Shown here: positions 26,417 through 36,017 of the stretch, piece after piece
Layout of the letters: the number at the start of each line of letters is the position of its first letter
Position numbering within the stretch: position 1 is the stretch's first letter
Assembly: GCA_963649715.1 (NCBI GenBank)
Contig: CAVJIV010000003.1
Location: forward strand, 75,817 to 139,816
DNA from: a bacterium
Lineage (GTDB): Bacteria > Bacillota > Clostridia > Oscillospirales > Acutalibacteraceae
Length of the DNA: 64,000 nucleotides
Reading direction: 5' to 3'
The notes under the pieces: model-generated
Database searches by the model: none
What the model saw: only the letters and a program-made list of their open reading frames with translations
Told to the model about the DNA's origin: nothing
Translations under genes and position numbers: made by a program

Positions 26417-27067
26417 TTATTTTGAAAAAAGCTTTGCAAAGCTGAAATTGATATAAGCCTTGTTGATTTTATGCTCGTCATGCTTGTAGAATTGAATAAC
26501 AAGAAGTCCGCCGATAACGCCGCCGATCGCACCGATGATGAGTCCGCCGATAACATCGGTAGGGTAGTGAACGCAAAGGTAGATTCTTGACATTCCCATG
26601 AATATCGCAAACAGGAAAGCCGTCCAACTGACCTTTTTGTTTGTCACGCAGAACAGACCCGTGACCATCGCCATTGCCGAGGTCGTGTGACCCGAAGGGA
26701 AGGAACGGTCGCTTTCGACCTGTGCTCCTGCGTTTAGCCACCATTGGTAAACCGGGCTGTCAAGGTGAGTGTACGGCCTCGGACGGGAAACGAGGGGCTT
26801 GATCGTCAGGTTGGTGAAGATTGCGCCGACGATTATTCCCATAAGCATCGCCGAGCCGGCCTTTCTCGTCTTTTTGAAAAGCATAAGAACGAGAGAGATA
26901 ATTATCAAGGCGATTCCGTCGTGTCCGAGCGTTGTGACCGCATTGAAAAACACATCGAAAAATCCGCCTGCCGCTCCGTCATGCAATCTGTGAAAAAAAT
27001 CAAAAATCGCAAGGTCAAAGTCGGCAAAGGTTGAGTTGAGCCAAGAGGCAACTGCCGTTACTTCCAT
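26417..27067 (-). CDS. PAP2 family phosphatase (undecaprenyl-PP/lipid phosphate phosphatase type)
   Basis: PAP2 motifs SFPSGHTT and SRIYLCVHYPTDVIGG in a polytopic protein. Confidence 0.88.
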   Translation of the reverse strand: MEVTAVASWLNSTFADFDLAIFDFFHRLHDGAAGGFFDVFFNAVTTLGHDGIALIIISLVLMLFKKTRKAGSAMLMGIIVGAIFTNLTIKPLVSRPRPYTHLDSPVYQWWLNAGAQVESDRSFPSGHTTSAMAMVTGLFCVTNKKVSWTAFLFAIFMGMSRIYLCVHYPTDVIGGLIIGAIGGVIGGLLVIQFYKHDEHKINKAYINFSFAKLFSK

Positions 27068-27197
27068 TATATTAAACCTCCGTTGTATTTAATTGCCTAT
27101 TATATTAGCATTTTTCAGAGAATAAATCAATGTTCTTGAAAAATAATTTATCTTTTGTTATAATTTCATTATAGTTAATTTATGGGAGGTTTATCAA

Positions 27198-29171
27198 ATG
27201 ACTGTTATAGTCAAGCTCTTTTCTGTTTTCATGGCGATAATTACGGCGATAATGCCGCTGAGCAGTGCCGAGAAAAAAAGCGCGGAGGCAACGGCGTCGG
27301 AAAGCTATCCGTACACGCTTGAGGATATGTCCGTTGTTTACGACAATGTTGACGAAAACGGGAATTACTATCCGCTCGTCATCGTGCCGGGAATTTCTCA
27401 CTCGATAACCTATGTCGTTGACGAGGAATATGACAGCTCGACCGCCGAGGATTCCTCCCGTCCTGCGATAAAAAAGGACGCTTTCGGCAACGACCTTCAA
27501 AGCGGAACGATTATTTTTGACGTTCCGGAGATACTCAAGGCGGTTGCCCGTTATCTTATAGCTCCGCTGGTCAAATCGCTTGTCGCTCAAAAGGACTGCG
27601 GAATTGTTGAAGCAATCGGCAAGGTAGCTGAGGTCGCTTTTTCGGCGCAAAAAACTCTGCCCGACGGAAGCTTTGCAAATAATGATATAGGCCTGCTCGA
27701 ATTTAACGGTTCGCTTGCCGATTTTGCAACTCCCGACGATGCGGAAACGCAGAGCTATATGCAGTATCAATGCTCGTATCTTTACAGAATACTTCCGCTG
27801 CGCTCCGTCTCGGATATAATCGGCGAGGAAAATCTTTTCTTCTTTACCTTTTCGCTTTTCGGCGATCCGATGGAGTCGGCCGGTCGGCTTGACGAATACA
27901 TAGACACGGTGCTTCAAAAAACGGGCGCAAAAAAGGTGAATTTGCTTCCGATAAGTCTCGGCGGTACGGTCTTTACGGCGTTCTGCGACCGATTCACCGA
28001 CACGGATAAGGTCAACTCGATCGTCAATGTTGTTCCCGTTCTCAACGGAACGCAGTCGGTTACGGATATGTTCAACCGTGATTTCGATATTTCGGCAGAC
28101 TTTTGGTACAATTACGGAATCCCGATGATGATTTCCGAATTCACGGAGTACGGCGAGCTGATCGGTCATGCCGTCAATTTTCTCCTCCGCTCTCTCCCTG
28201 CCGATGTCAACGCTGCAATGCTGACGAGGATATACGACACTTTGCTGAACAATCTTTTTGTCAACACGCCGCAGATCTGGGCAATGGTTACAAGAGAGGC
28301 GTATCCGGAGCTTGCCGAGAAATATCTCGGAGACGAGGAGCACGCTCCCGTCAGGGCGAAAACCGACGCTTTTTATCAGGCTCAGCTTGACCTTGAGGAT
28401 AATATCAAGGCGATGACGGCGAACGGAATCAAGATAAATATAATTTCGGGCTACGGACTTCACACGGGCGACGCACGGTACAATTTCTTCCGTGTGACGG
28501 CGAACGCCGACAAGGTCAATGGAGACGGCGTTATCAATGTTGAGTCAACGACTCTCGGCGCGACGGCGGCTCTGCCGGACGAAAAGCTCAGCGAGGGCGG
28601 CAGACTTTCGCCCGACGGCGAGGTTGACGCTTCAACAGGTATTCTGCCCGACAACACTTGGTATTTCTACAATATGCACCATGAGGATGCGGCGAACAAT
28701 GCGCCGGTGATCAATCTTTCGGTTGCGCTGATGTATTCCCACGATGTTGAAAATGTGAACTCCGACCCGGAAAAATATCCGCAGTTTAACGGCAATTCCG
28801 ATAACTGGTTTATCCGCCGCTGGAGATATGACGATATAAAAAAGCTCTATGCCGAGTATCTTGCAGGTGAGCTTGACTGGTCGCAGGAAACCGTTGAGGA
28901 ATGCGAAGCGATAATGTATGACTGCGAGCGGGTAATGCGGGCGACGATTGCCGACGCACAATTCTGCAAGGAAACGACAAGGCGGGTCAATGAATTTTGC
29001 GCAACATACGGCGGACTCAGCGAGGAAAACGCAAAGCTCCTGACGCAGAAGCAGCTCAACGAGCTGCCCGAATGGGCAAAGGTTTTGACAAGGGTAATAA
29101 CCTTTGTTGACGATACGGTCTTCAAAATTTACGGCGATAAGGCATATACGGAATTTTGGAAGGTATTTTGA
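27198..29171 (+). CDS. Secreted alpha/beta-hydrolase-like (lipase/esterase-like) protein, paralog of 60090..61913
   Basis: 657 aa with a signal/anchor. YPLVIVPGISHS (oxyanion-loop-like) and KVNLLPISLGGTVF (nucleophile-elbow-like xSxG). It shares blocks along its whole length with the 60090 protein. The function call is tentative. Confidence 0.6.
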   Translation: MTVIVKLFSVFMAIITAIMPLSSAEKKSAEATASESYPYTLEDMSVVYDNVDENGNYYPLVIVPGISHSITYVVDEEYDSSTAEDSSRPAIKKDAFGNDLQSGTIIFDVPEILKAVARYLIAPLVKSLVAQKDCGIVEAIGKVAEVAFSAQKTLPDGSFANNDIGLLEFNGSLADFATPDDAETQSYMQYQCSYLYRILPLRSVSDIIGEENLFFFTFSLFGDPMESAGRLDEYIDTVLQKTGAKKVNLLPISLGGTVFTAFCDRFTDTDKVNSIVNVVPVLNGTQSVTDMFNRDFDISADFWYNYGIPMMISEFTEYGELIGHAVNFLLRSLPADVNAAMLTRIYDTLLNNLFVNTPQIWAMVTREAYPELAEKYLGDEEHAPVRAKTDAFYQAQLDLEDNIKAMTANGIKINIISGYGLHTGDARYNFFRVTANADKVNGDGVINVESTTLGATAALPDEKLSEGGRLSPDGEVDASTGILPDNTWYFYNMHHEDAANNAPVINLSVALMYSHDVENVNSDPEKYPQFNGNSDNWFIRRWRYDDIKKLYAEYLAGELDWSQETVEECEAIMYDCERVMRATIADAQFCKETTRRVNEFCATYGGLSEENAKLLTQKQLNELPEWAKVLTRVITFVDDTVFKIYGDKAYTEFWKVF

Positions 29172-29217
29172 AACCGCTGACAAACAAAAAAAGTTATCAT
29201 AAAAAGGAGACGGCAGC

Positions 29218-30477
29218 ATGAAAAAATGTAAGGTAGGAGTAGTCGGAATCGGCAGAGGAAAGATGGTTTGGCATTTTTGCAAGGAATCCGAAAATGCGGA
29301 AATTGTCGCAATTTGCGATAAATGGGAGGAGGGCCTTAGCAGGCTTTCCGAAGAGCTTGATATGGATTCGATAACATATTATACCGAATACGAGGAATTT
29401 TTGAAGCATGATTTGGATGTTGTCGTGCTGGCGAACTATGCAACCGAGCACGCCCCTCTTGCCATAAAGGCGATGGAGGCAGGCAAGAATGTTATCAGCG
29501 AGGTTCTGCCTGTTCAGACCATGTCCGAGGCGGTTCGCCTTATCGAATGCTGCGAAAGAACCGGAAAAATTTATTGCTATGCCGAAAATTATTGCTTCAT
29601 GAATGCGCCGGTTGAAATGAAAAAGAAATACAGAAACGGTGAACTTGGAGATTTTGAATACGGCGAGGGCGAATATCTTCACAACTGCGAATCCGGCTGG
29701 TCAACCATAACCTACGGCGAACGAGAGCATTGGAGAAACAGAATGTCGGCGTTTTTCTATTGTACCCATTCCGTCGGACCGTTGCTTCACATCACCGGTC
29801 TGAAGCCGAAAAAAGTGACCGGCTTTGAATGTCCGTTCAATTCCAGAATGGCAAGAATGGGCGCAAGGGCAGGACACACGGCGATTGAAATGGTAACGCT
29901 TGAGAACGACGCGGTGTTCAAGAGCATTCACGGCGTCGGCTGCTCCAAAAACTCCGTTTGGTATACGGTCTACGGCTCAAAGGGAAGAATAGAATCCGCA
30001 AGAGAGGCGGCGGAGCAATCAGATATCAACAGGGTTTATGTTGACCTTGACTCGGCGGAGGGAGCAAACGACGGAAAGGTTCAGACCTATATCTGCGATT
30101 CCTTCGACAGCGAGATACTGAAGAAATTCGGACACGGCGGAAGCGATTTTTATTGCCTTTATAATGCGATCGACTATATTCTCGGCAACAAGGAAGCGGA
30201 TATAGTTGATATTTACGAAGCGTTGAATATGTGGATGTGCGGCTTTTTCGGATACATTTCCGTGCTGTCGGGCGGTTCGCCGCAGGAGATTCCGGATCTT
30301 CGCAATCCCGAGGTAAGAGAAAAATTCAGGAACGACAACAGATGCACCGACCCGAAGGTTGCCGGCGATCAGCTTCTCCCGTCCTACTCAAAGGGTGATC
30401 CCGAAATTCCCGACTCCGTCTATGAGGCAAGACGCAAGGAGCGAGCGGAAGAAGTTAAAACCATGACATTTGCATAA
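29218..30477 (+). CDS. Gfo/Idh/MocA family oxidoreductase
   Basis: N-terminal Rossmann fold KVGVVGIGRGKMVW...AICD, and the family-typical EVLPV / NAP region. Confidence 0.82.
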   Translation: MKKCKVGVVGIGRGKMVWHFCKESENAEIVAICDKWEEGLSRLSEELDMDSITYYTEYEEFLKHDLDVVVLANYATEHAPLAIKAMEAGKNVISEVLPVQTMSEAVRLIECCERTGKIYCYAENYCFMNAPVEMKKKYRNGELGDFEYGEGEYLHNCESGWSTITYGEREHWRNRMSAFFYCTHSVGPLLHITGLKPKKVTGFECPFNSRMARMGARAGHTAIEMVTLENDAVFKSIHGVGCSKNSVWYTVYGSKGRIESAREAAEQSDINRVYVDLDSAEGANDGKVQTYICDSFDSEILKKFGHGGSDFYCLYNAIDYILGNKEADIVDIYEALNMWMCGFFGYISVLSGGSPQEIPDLRNPEVREKFRNDNRCTDPKVAGDQLLPSYSKGDPEIPDSVYEARRKERAEEVKTMTFA

Positions 30478-30481
30478 AAAA

Positions 30482-30527
30482 CAGGCTGTACCGAAGCGAA
30501 GTTGCTTTGATACAGCCTGATATTTTT
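30482..30527. terminator. Bidirectional intrinsic terminator
   Basis: CAGGCTGTAccgaagcgaagttgctttgaTACAGCCTG with an upstream A-run and a downstream TATTTTT, between convergent genes. Confidence 0.7.
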
Positions 30528-30536
30528 GTTGTTGAT

Positions 30537-32504
30537 TTATCTTAAATGAATCGTGTCGAAGAAGGAGTTCTTCGCTTTGCCGATGAGGGTTGAGATCAAA
30601 ATGCAGATCACGCACACGCCGACATCGGCGAAAACCGCAAGCCATACGGGAGCATAGCCCGCCGCTCCGAGAATGATAACGAGCATCTTGACTGCAATCG
30701 CAAAGATGATGTTGAAATGAACAATGTTTACCGTTCTCTTGAAAAGCTTATGCGCCGGGGCAAGCTTTTCGAGTCTGTCGTTTGTGATGATAACATCTGC
30801 TGCCTCGCTTGCCGCCTGAGTGCCAAGACCCATTGCCACGCCTGCGTCCGCAGAGGCAAGAACCGGAGCGTCATTGATACCGTCGCCGACATAAACGACA
30901 TTGCCGTATTCTCTCTTGATTTCCTCAAGGTGACTGAGCTTTTCCTCGGGAAGAAGGTTGCAGTAATACTCATCAAGGTTGATCGCTTTTGCGACCTCGT
31001 CCGAAGCGGCTTCGTTGTCTCCGGTGAGCATTATAATGTGCTCAACGCCCTGATCCCTCAGCTGCTCGATCATATCCTCAACGCCCTTTCTCAGGGAGCT
31101 TCTGAGGGTGATAGTGCCGACGATTTTTCCTTCAAAAACAACGCAAACATCGCCGTCCATGTAGTCGGGAGTTTCAATTCCCTCCGTTTCAAGCAATCTC
31201 TTGCCGCCGCAAAGAATTTTTTTGCCGTCGAAGATTATGCTTGTTCCGCCGCCGGCAACCTCATGGAAGTCGGAAAGATATGTTTCCTTGATCCTCGGTG
31301 CGGCAGCAACAATGCTCTTGGCGATCGGGTGGGAGGAATAGTATTCCGCCGCAGCCGCAAGGGCGAGGATTTGATCCTCGGAAAATCTGCTGAGCGAGGT
31401 TACCTTGCTGACCTCGAAGCTGCCCGTTGTCAGGGTGCCCGTCTTGTCAAAGACGAAGGCTTTTGCCTTTGCAAAGGCTTCGATGAATACCGAGCCTTTA
31501 ACGATAATTCCGTTCTTCGCCGCTGCGCCGATTCCTGTGTAAAATCCGAGCGGAATTGAAATCACGATGGCGCAAGGACACGAAGCTACAAGGAAAACAA
31601 GTGCTCTTTTGATCCATGACGAAACATCTTTTGTTATGATTGAACCGATGATTGCCAATGCGAAAGCAATAGCTACGACGATCGGGGTGTAATATTTTGC
31701 AAATCTTGTAATAAATTTTTGAGTGTTGCCCTTCTTCTCGGTCGCATCCTCAACCATCTTGATGATTCTTGAAGCCGTGGAGTTTCCGAAAAGCTCGGTT
31801 GTGACGACGGTAACGCTGTCCTTACCGTTCGTCATGCCGCTCTTGACGGCAACGCCCTTGCCGAGGGTTATCGGCAGACTCTCGCCCGTGATGGCAGAAG
31901 CGTCGGCGGTTGAAATTCCGCTCTCAACAACTCCGTCGATCGGGAAGCGCTCATACGGAAGAACGACGATCTTTGCTCCGACGGGAACATCGTCGGCATG
32001 AACCTTTTTAGTTGAGCCGTCGCTCAAAACCAGATGGGCGTAATCCTGCTGGATTTTGGCAACGGAGTCAATGGACTTTCTGCTGCTTTCAACCGCCCTG
32101 TCCTCAATAAGCTCACCGATTCGGTAAAGGATTGCAACAAGAGCAGCGTCCCTAAGCTCGCCGATGCAGCAGGCGGCAATAACGGAAATGAGCATAAGCT
32201 CGATCTCTGTGAATTTTCGGGATTTCACATCGCCGTAGACCTTGAACACAAGCGGATAAGCCGCAAGAACAACGGCGACGAGACCGACGATCGTTTGAAC
32301 GACCGGTACGGACTTGAGAAAAAGGCCGACTATTACAAACACCGCCGAAACGCCGAGCAGAGAGAGGGAGAGCTTTGTTTCCTCCTCTCCTTCATCGTCG
32401 TGAGCGCAGCCTCCGCAGCCGCAGGCACAGCCGTGGGAGTGGCAGTGATCATGCTCATGTTCGTGGTCAAATTCGTGATTGTGGTTATGTTCATGCTCAA
32501 ACAT
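30537..32504 (-). CDS. P1B-type heavy-metal (Zn/Cd/Co-type) translocating ATPase
   Basis: His/Cys-rich N-terminus MFEHEHNHNHEFDHEHEHDHCHSHGCACGCGGC. Motifs TGES, CPC (SCPCAIV), DKTGTLT, SSHPIA and GDGINDAP. Confidence 0.95.
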   Translation of the reverse strand: MFEHEHNHNHEFDHEHEHDHCHSHGCACGCGGCAHDDEGEEETKLSLSLLGVSAVFVIVGLFLKSVPVVQTIVGLVAVVLAAYPLVFKVYGDVKSRKFTEIELMLISVIAACCIGELRDAALVAILYRIGELIEDRAVESSRKSIDSVAKIQQDYAHLVLSDGSTKKVHADDVPVGAKIVVLPYERFPIDGVVESGISTADASAITGESLPITLGKGVAVKSGMTNGKDSVTVVTTELFGNSTASRIIKMVEDATEKKGNTQKFITRFAKYYTPIVVAIAFALAIIGSIITKDVSSWIKRALVFLVASCPCAIVISIPLGFYTGIGAAAKNGIIVKGSVFIEAFAKAKAFVFDKTGTLTTGSFEVSKVTSLSRFSEDQILALAAAAEYYSSHPIAKSIVAAAPRIKETYLSDFHEVAGGGTSIIFDGKKILCGGKRLLETEGIETPDYMDGDVCVVFEGKIVGTITLRSSLRKGVEDMIEQLRDQGVEHIIMLTGDNEAASDEVAKAINLDEYYCNLLPEEKLSHLEEIKREYGNVVYVGDGINDAPVLASADAGVAMGLGTQAASEAADVIITNDRLEKLAPAHKLFKRTVNIVHFNIIFAIAVKMLVIILGAAGYAPVWLAVFADVGVCVICILISTLIGKAKNSFFDTIHLR

Positions 32505-32877
32505 CTAACATTCCTCCTTTGTGTAATACATGCGCCAGACCTGCGCCGAAGATTTCTTCAACATGCTCGTCGTCCAGCGAATAATAGCTTTCCTTGCCCT
32601 CCTTGCGAGGACGAACCAGACCTGCGCCTCGGAGAATCCTCAGCTGATGCGAAATTGCGCTCTGACCCATGTTGAGCTTTTGCGAAAGGTGGTAGACGCA
32701 CATCTCGCCGTCCATGAGGGCGGAGATGATTCGGATTCGTGTGCTGTCGCCGAAAACCTTGAAAACCTCGGCAAGGTCGTAGAGAACATCGTCGCTGACC
32801 TCTTTTTTAGCAACCTTTCGGTTGCATTTGTCATGCGGACATTTGTCGCAAACCGGGGTCGTTTTATTGTTTTCCAT
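32497..32877 (-). CDS. ArsR/SmtB family metal-responsive repressor (alpha5-site, CzrA/SmtB-like)
   Basis: wHTH region FKVFGDSTRIRIISAL...LSQKLNMGQSAISHQLRILR. Alpha5 ligand pattern DDEHVEEIFGAGLAHVLH. It overlaps the ATPase start by 8 nt. ATG at 32877. Confidence 0.9.
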   Translation of the reverse strand: MENNKTTPVCDKCPHDKCNRKVAKKEVSDDVLYDLAEVFKVFGDSTRIRIISALMDGEMCVYHLSQKLNMGQSAISHQLRILRGAGLVRPRKEGKESYYSLDDEHVEEIFGAGLAHVLHKGGMLDV

Positions 32878-32907
32878 TTGTTTCACCTGCCTGTTCAGAT
32901 TAACATA

Positions 32908-32962
32908 TGAATAAATGTTCACTTGTTAGTTTCATTATATGCACCTTTTTTCTGTTTGTCAA
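32908..32962 (-). promoter_or_regulatory. Consensus promoter (TTGACA-17-TATAAT) with a CzrA-like inverted-repeat operator just downstream of the -10
   Basis: On the reverse strand, TTGACA is at 32962-32957, the spacer is 17 nt, and TATAAT is at 32939-32934. TGAACATTTATTCA then follows at 32921-32908, an imperfect TGAA.A...T.TTCA palindrome. Confidence 0.65.
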
Positions 32963-33086
32963 CAGCTTTTTTAAAAATTTTTTCGACTTTTTTCGCTCTT
33001 TTGAGAAATATTTAAGCCAATACCGTAAAAATTGACTTTTTTCGATCCATATGATAATATAAATAAAAAAAGAAAAGGAGCCTTTT

Positions 33087-33638
33087 ATGGCATACGATAT
33101 TGTAAGATGGATAGGCGGAGCGGTGATTTTTGCGGTTCTCGTGACCGTGCTGTGCATCGTTTCAAAGAAAAAAGGCAAGGCGGTTGTTACGGCGGCGTTT
33201 ACGGCGATAATTTTGACGGCGGTTTCGTTTGTTATCCCGTTTGAAAATTATGTTCACCCGTTCGATTCGGTCGAGAAGCTTTTTGCCTATAGGTATCATG
33301 AGGAATTGATAACATATTTTGAGTGTGATGAGGGCGTTGTGTGCATCGCCGGACGGAACAACGGCAGCAATGTTAACTATTGCTTCAACAGGGACGGTGA
33401 AAAATTATTGCTTCCGTTTTCATTGATGGACGATACTCAGCATCGCTCCAGCAAGTACGGAGTTTTTCTTATCAAAAAGTTTGAAAATCAGAACCTGATT
33501 TTTACTCAGGTAGACGATGTAAAATATGACGATAAGGACTTTCTCGACGGCGGCTCAGGCTATTACTATTTCGTAGTGGACGGCAATTTCATTCCGTCAC
33601 GCCTGACCTGCAACGGCGAAAAGGTTGTGCTTGTATAA
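33087..33638 (+). CDS. Hypothetical membrane-anchored protein
   Basis: 183 aa with a good RBS (AAAAGGAG) and two N-terminal TM helices. No family recognised. Confidence 0.55.
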   Translation: MAYDIVRWIGGAVIFAVLVTVLCIVSKKKGKAVVTAAFTAIILTAVSFVIPFENYVHPFDSVEKLFAYRYHEELITYFECDEGVVCIAGRNNGSNVNYCFNRDGEKLLLPFSLMDDTQHRSSKYGVFLIKKFENQNLIFTQVDDVKYDDKDFLDGGSGYYYFVVDGNFIPSRLTCNGEKVVLV

Positions 33639-33683
33639 AAAAGCGACAGAGAGACGAGAATGTCTTTCTGTCGCATTATTTTT

Positions 33684-35030
33684 TTACAGCGTTCGCAATC
33701 CTTTCGGATAGTGATTTTTTGCGGTTTTGTTGACGGCTTTCGCTCCGCCGATCGGGCAGCCCTCAACCGTCACGGCGCACCAGCCCTTATCGTATTCACA
33801 ACCCACGGTTTCGCCGTGGATATATTTTTTTGCCTGCTCGGGAGCAAGCTCGATTTTTTGCCGGAACAAATTTCCCATTGCCGAGAAAAATTGGTGATGA
33901 GGCTTGATGTAATTTTTTTGTAGGCTTCCTATCGTAACTCCGCAGGAAAAAGCCCCGTTCGGCACAGGAAAATCCGAATCAAAATAAACAAAATTTTCCT
34001 TGTATTTTTTAACGGCTTTTTGGTTGTAGCTTATCAACGCTTCGTCAAGAAAATCGAAAATTATTTTTTGCTCGCTCTTCGGAATATCCTTGAGGGCGTT
34101 CGGCGGAAGCTCCTCGATTCCGAGGCCGTCGGTCTTTCTCATCAGCGCAATGAACTGACCCTCGCCCTTTGAAACATGCGGATAAAATCTTCGACAGCGT
34201 GAAATATTTTTTTCGTTGCAGCCGTCAAAAAATATTCCGTCCGCCGTAATTTTTTTAACGCAGTCCTTGACCTCAAGCAGCTCAAAATTTTTGTTTTCGC
34301 CGAGAAAAAGGTCAATATTTTTTTCGTTTTCTTCAAGCGAAAAAGTGCAGGTTGAATAGAGCAAAAATCCGCCGGGCTTGACGGTCGTTTTAATTTCGTC
34401 TAAAATTTCACGCTGTCGCTCGGCGCAACGCAGAACATTTTCAACGCTCCATTCCTTCTGTGCGTTCTCGTCCTTGCGGAACATTCCCTCGCCGGAGCAG
34501 GGAGCGTCAACGATAACGAGGTCAAAGGCTTCGCCGTAAAGCGACGCAATTCTTTTTGCGTCGGCGCAGGTTGTGACAACATTTTGAAAACCCATACGCT
34601 CAATGTTGCCCGTCAGCGTTTTGCACCGTGACGGGACAATCTCGTTGGAAACGAGAACACCGTTCGGGTTCTGCGCCGCAGCCTGAGTGGACTTGCCGCC
34701 GGGCGAAGCGCAAAGGTCGAGAATGTTCCAATCGGGTTGAATATCAACGCTTGCGACCGCTGCCATTGCCGACGGCTCCTGAATGTAAATCATTCCTGCG
34801 TGATGGTACGGGTGGTTGCCGATCCCGTCGCAGGAAAAATAAAAACCGTTCTCGGCATACGGAATTTTTTCACCGCCGAAAGGATTGATTTTTTCAAAAT
34901 TTTCTTCGCTGATTTTATTTGTATTAACTCTGAAAGAGCGCACGGGTTTTTCGGAATATGACGCTTCGAAAATTTCGTATTCCTCGGCCAAAAGCTCTTT
35001 CATTCTTTTTGTAAAACCAATAGGCAACAT
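33684..35030 (-). CDS. NOL1/NOP2/Sun (RsmB/RsmF-like) rRNA cytosine-C5 methyltransferase
   Basis: SAM motif DLCASPGGKSTQ; catalytic DAPCSGEGMFRK and YSTCT. ATG at 35030 (MLPIGFTKRM...). Confidence 0.85.
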   Translation of the reverse strand: MLPIGFTKRMKELLAEEYEIFEASYSEKPVRSFRVNTNKISEENFEKINPFGGEKIPYAENGFYFSCDGIGNHPYHHAGMIYIQEPSAMAAVASVDIQPDWNILDLCASPGGKSTQAAAQNPNGVLVSNEIVPSRCKTLTGNIERMGFQNVVTTCADAKRIASLYGEAFDLVIVDAPCSGEGMFRKDENAQKEWSVENVLRCAERQREILDEIKTTVKPGGFLLYSTCTFSLEENEKNIDLFLGENKNFELLEVKDCVKKITADGIFFDGCNEKNISRCRRFYPHVSKGEGQFIALMRKTDGLGIEELPPNALKDIPKSEQKIIFDFLDEALISYNQKAVKKYKENFVYFDSDFPVPNGAFSCGVTIGSLQKNYIKPHHQFFSAMGNLFRQKIELAPEQAKKYIHGETVGCEYDKGWCAVTVEGCPIGGAKAVNKTAKNHYPKGLRTL

Positions 35031-35041
35031 AAAATTCTTCC

Positions 35042-35785
35042 TTATAAATTCGCTTCGATGTTGAACATACAAATTGAAAGTGCCGCAATTGCCGCAGTTT
35101 CGGTTCTCAGTATTCTTTTACCGAGCGATACGATCTCGCCGCCGTGCGCCCTCGTTTTTTCAATTTCCTTTTCTTCGTATCCGCCCTCCGGACCGATGAA
35201 AATTCCTGCGCTCATTCCCGGCTTCAATTCGTCGATTGTTTCACGCAGTTTTTTTAAACTGTCGGCGCATTCATACGGAACAAGAAGCAGGTCGAGCGTG
35301 TCGGCATATTGCAAAGCCTCGCCGAAGGTCATGATGCTTTTAACTTCGGGAATTACGGTTCGTCCCGATTGCTTCGCTGCACTTTCGGCAATCGACTGCC
35401 AGCGTGCAAGCTTGCTTTTTTTCTTTTTGTCGTCGAGCTTGACCACACAGCGAACCATTTCAACGGGAACGATCTCCGCCGCCCCCAGCTCAACCGCCTT
35501 TTGAATGATCAGCTCCATTTTGTCCGCTTTCGGCAAGCCCTGAAAAAGAACAAGGCGAACGGGCAATTCGTTGCTTTCAAGCTGACCCTTTTCAATATCG
35601 GCAACAACGCTTTCGCCGTCGAATTCACGAATCGAGCAGCAATAGCTTGCCCCGTTGCCGTCGTTGGCAATGAATTTTTCGCCCGGCTTCATTCGCAGAA
35701 CATTTTTTATATGATTGAAGTCACCGCCGGTGATAACGACCTGCGAATCGGTAATGCTTTCGGGCGGAACAAAGAAATGATACAT
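35042..35785 (-). CDS. rsmE: 16S rRNA (uracil1498-N3)-methyltransferase
   Basis: MYHFFVPPESI...; C-terminal SPOUT knot IFIGPEGGYEEKEI...VSLGKRILRTETA. Confidence 0.9.
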   Translation of the reverse strand: MYHFFVPPESITDSQVVITGGDFNHIKNVLRMKPGEKFIANDGNGASYCCSIREFDGESVVADIEKGQLESNELPVRLVLFQGLPKADKMELIIQKAVELGAAEIVPVEMVRCVVKLDDKKKKSKLARWQSIAESAAKQSGRTVIPEVKSIMTFGEALQYADTLDLLLVPYECADSLKKLRETIDELKPGMSAGIFIGPEGGYEEKEIEKTRAHGGEIVSLGKRILRTETAAIAALSICMFNIEANL

Positions 35786-35865
35786 AACCATCGCTCCAAA
35801 AAAGTTTTCTATCAATTATATCATTTCATTATAATAATTGCAAACAATAAAATGAAAGAATAATC

Positions 35866-35893
35866 TTGACTTTTTTTCGTTCTATGCTATAAT
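35866..35893 (+). promoter_or_regulatory. Promoter of tRNA-Leu (TTGACT-16-TATAAT)
   Basis: TTGACT at 35866-35871 and TATAAT at 35888-35893, about 35 nt before the tRNA 5' end. Confidence 0.6.
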
Positions 35894-35928
35894 CTATACG
35901 GTCGGGGAACTACCTAACCGCAAAATAT

Positions 35929-36015
35929 GCAGGAGTGGCGGAATCGGCAGACGCGCTAGATTCAGGTTCTAGTGAATGCAAGTTCATGAGGGTTCAAGTC
36001 CCTTCTCCTGCACCA
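35929..36015 (+). tRNA. tRNA-Leu (anticodon CAG), class II with long variable arm, encoded CCA
   Basis: GCAGGAGTGGCGGAATCGGCAGACGCGCTAGATTCAGGTTCTAGTGAATGCAAGTTCATGAGGGTTCAAGTCCCTTCTCCTGCACCA. The acceptor stem is GCAGGAG/CTCCTGC, the anticodon stem-loop is CTAGA-TTCAGGT-TCTAG, and the T-loop is GGTTCAAGTCC. Confidence 0.95.
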
Positions 36016-36017
36016 GA

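Noticed and set aside
27180-28463. 427-aa ORF on the minus strand
   Set aside because: It is antisense to the 27198 hydrolase-like gene, which has an RBS, a signal peptide and a paralog. Its composition is Arg-rich and low-complexity. It is a shadow ORF.
32380-32504. Repetitive CAT/CAC-rich DNA at the ATPase 5' end, considered as a possible tandem repeat or slippage tract
   Set aside because: It simply encodes the His-rich metal-binding tail (HEHNHNHEFDHEHEHDHCHSH). It has no exact nucleotide periodicity.
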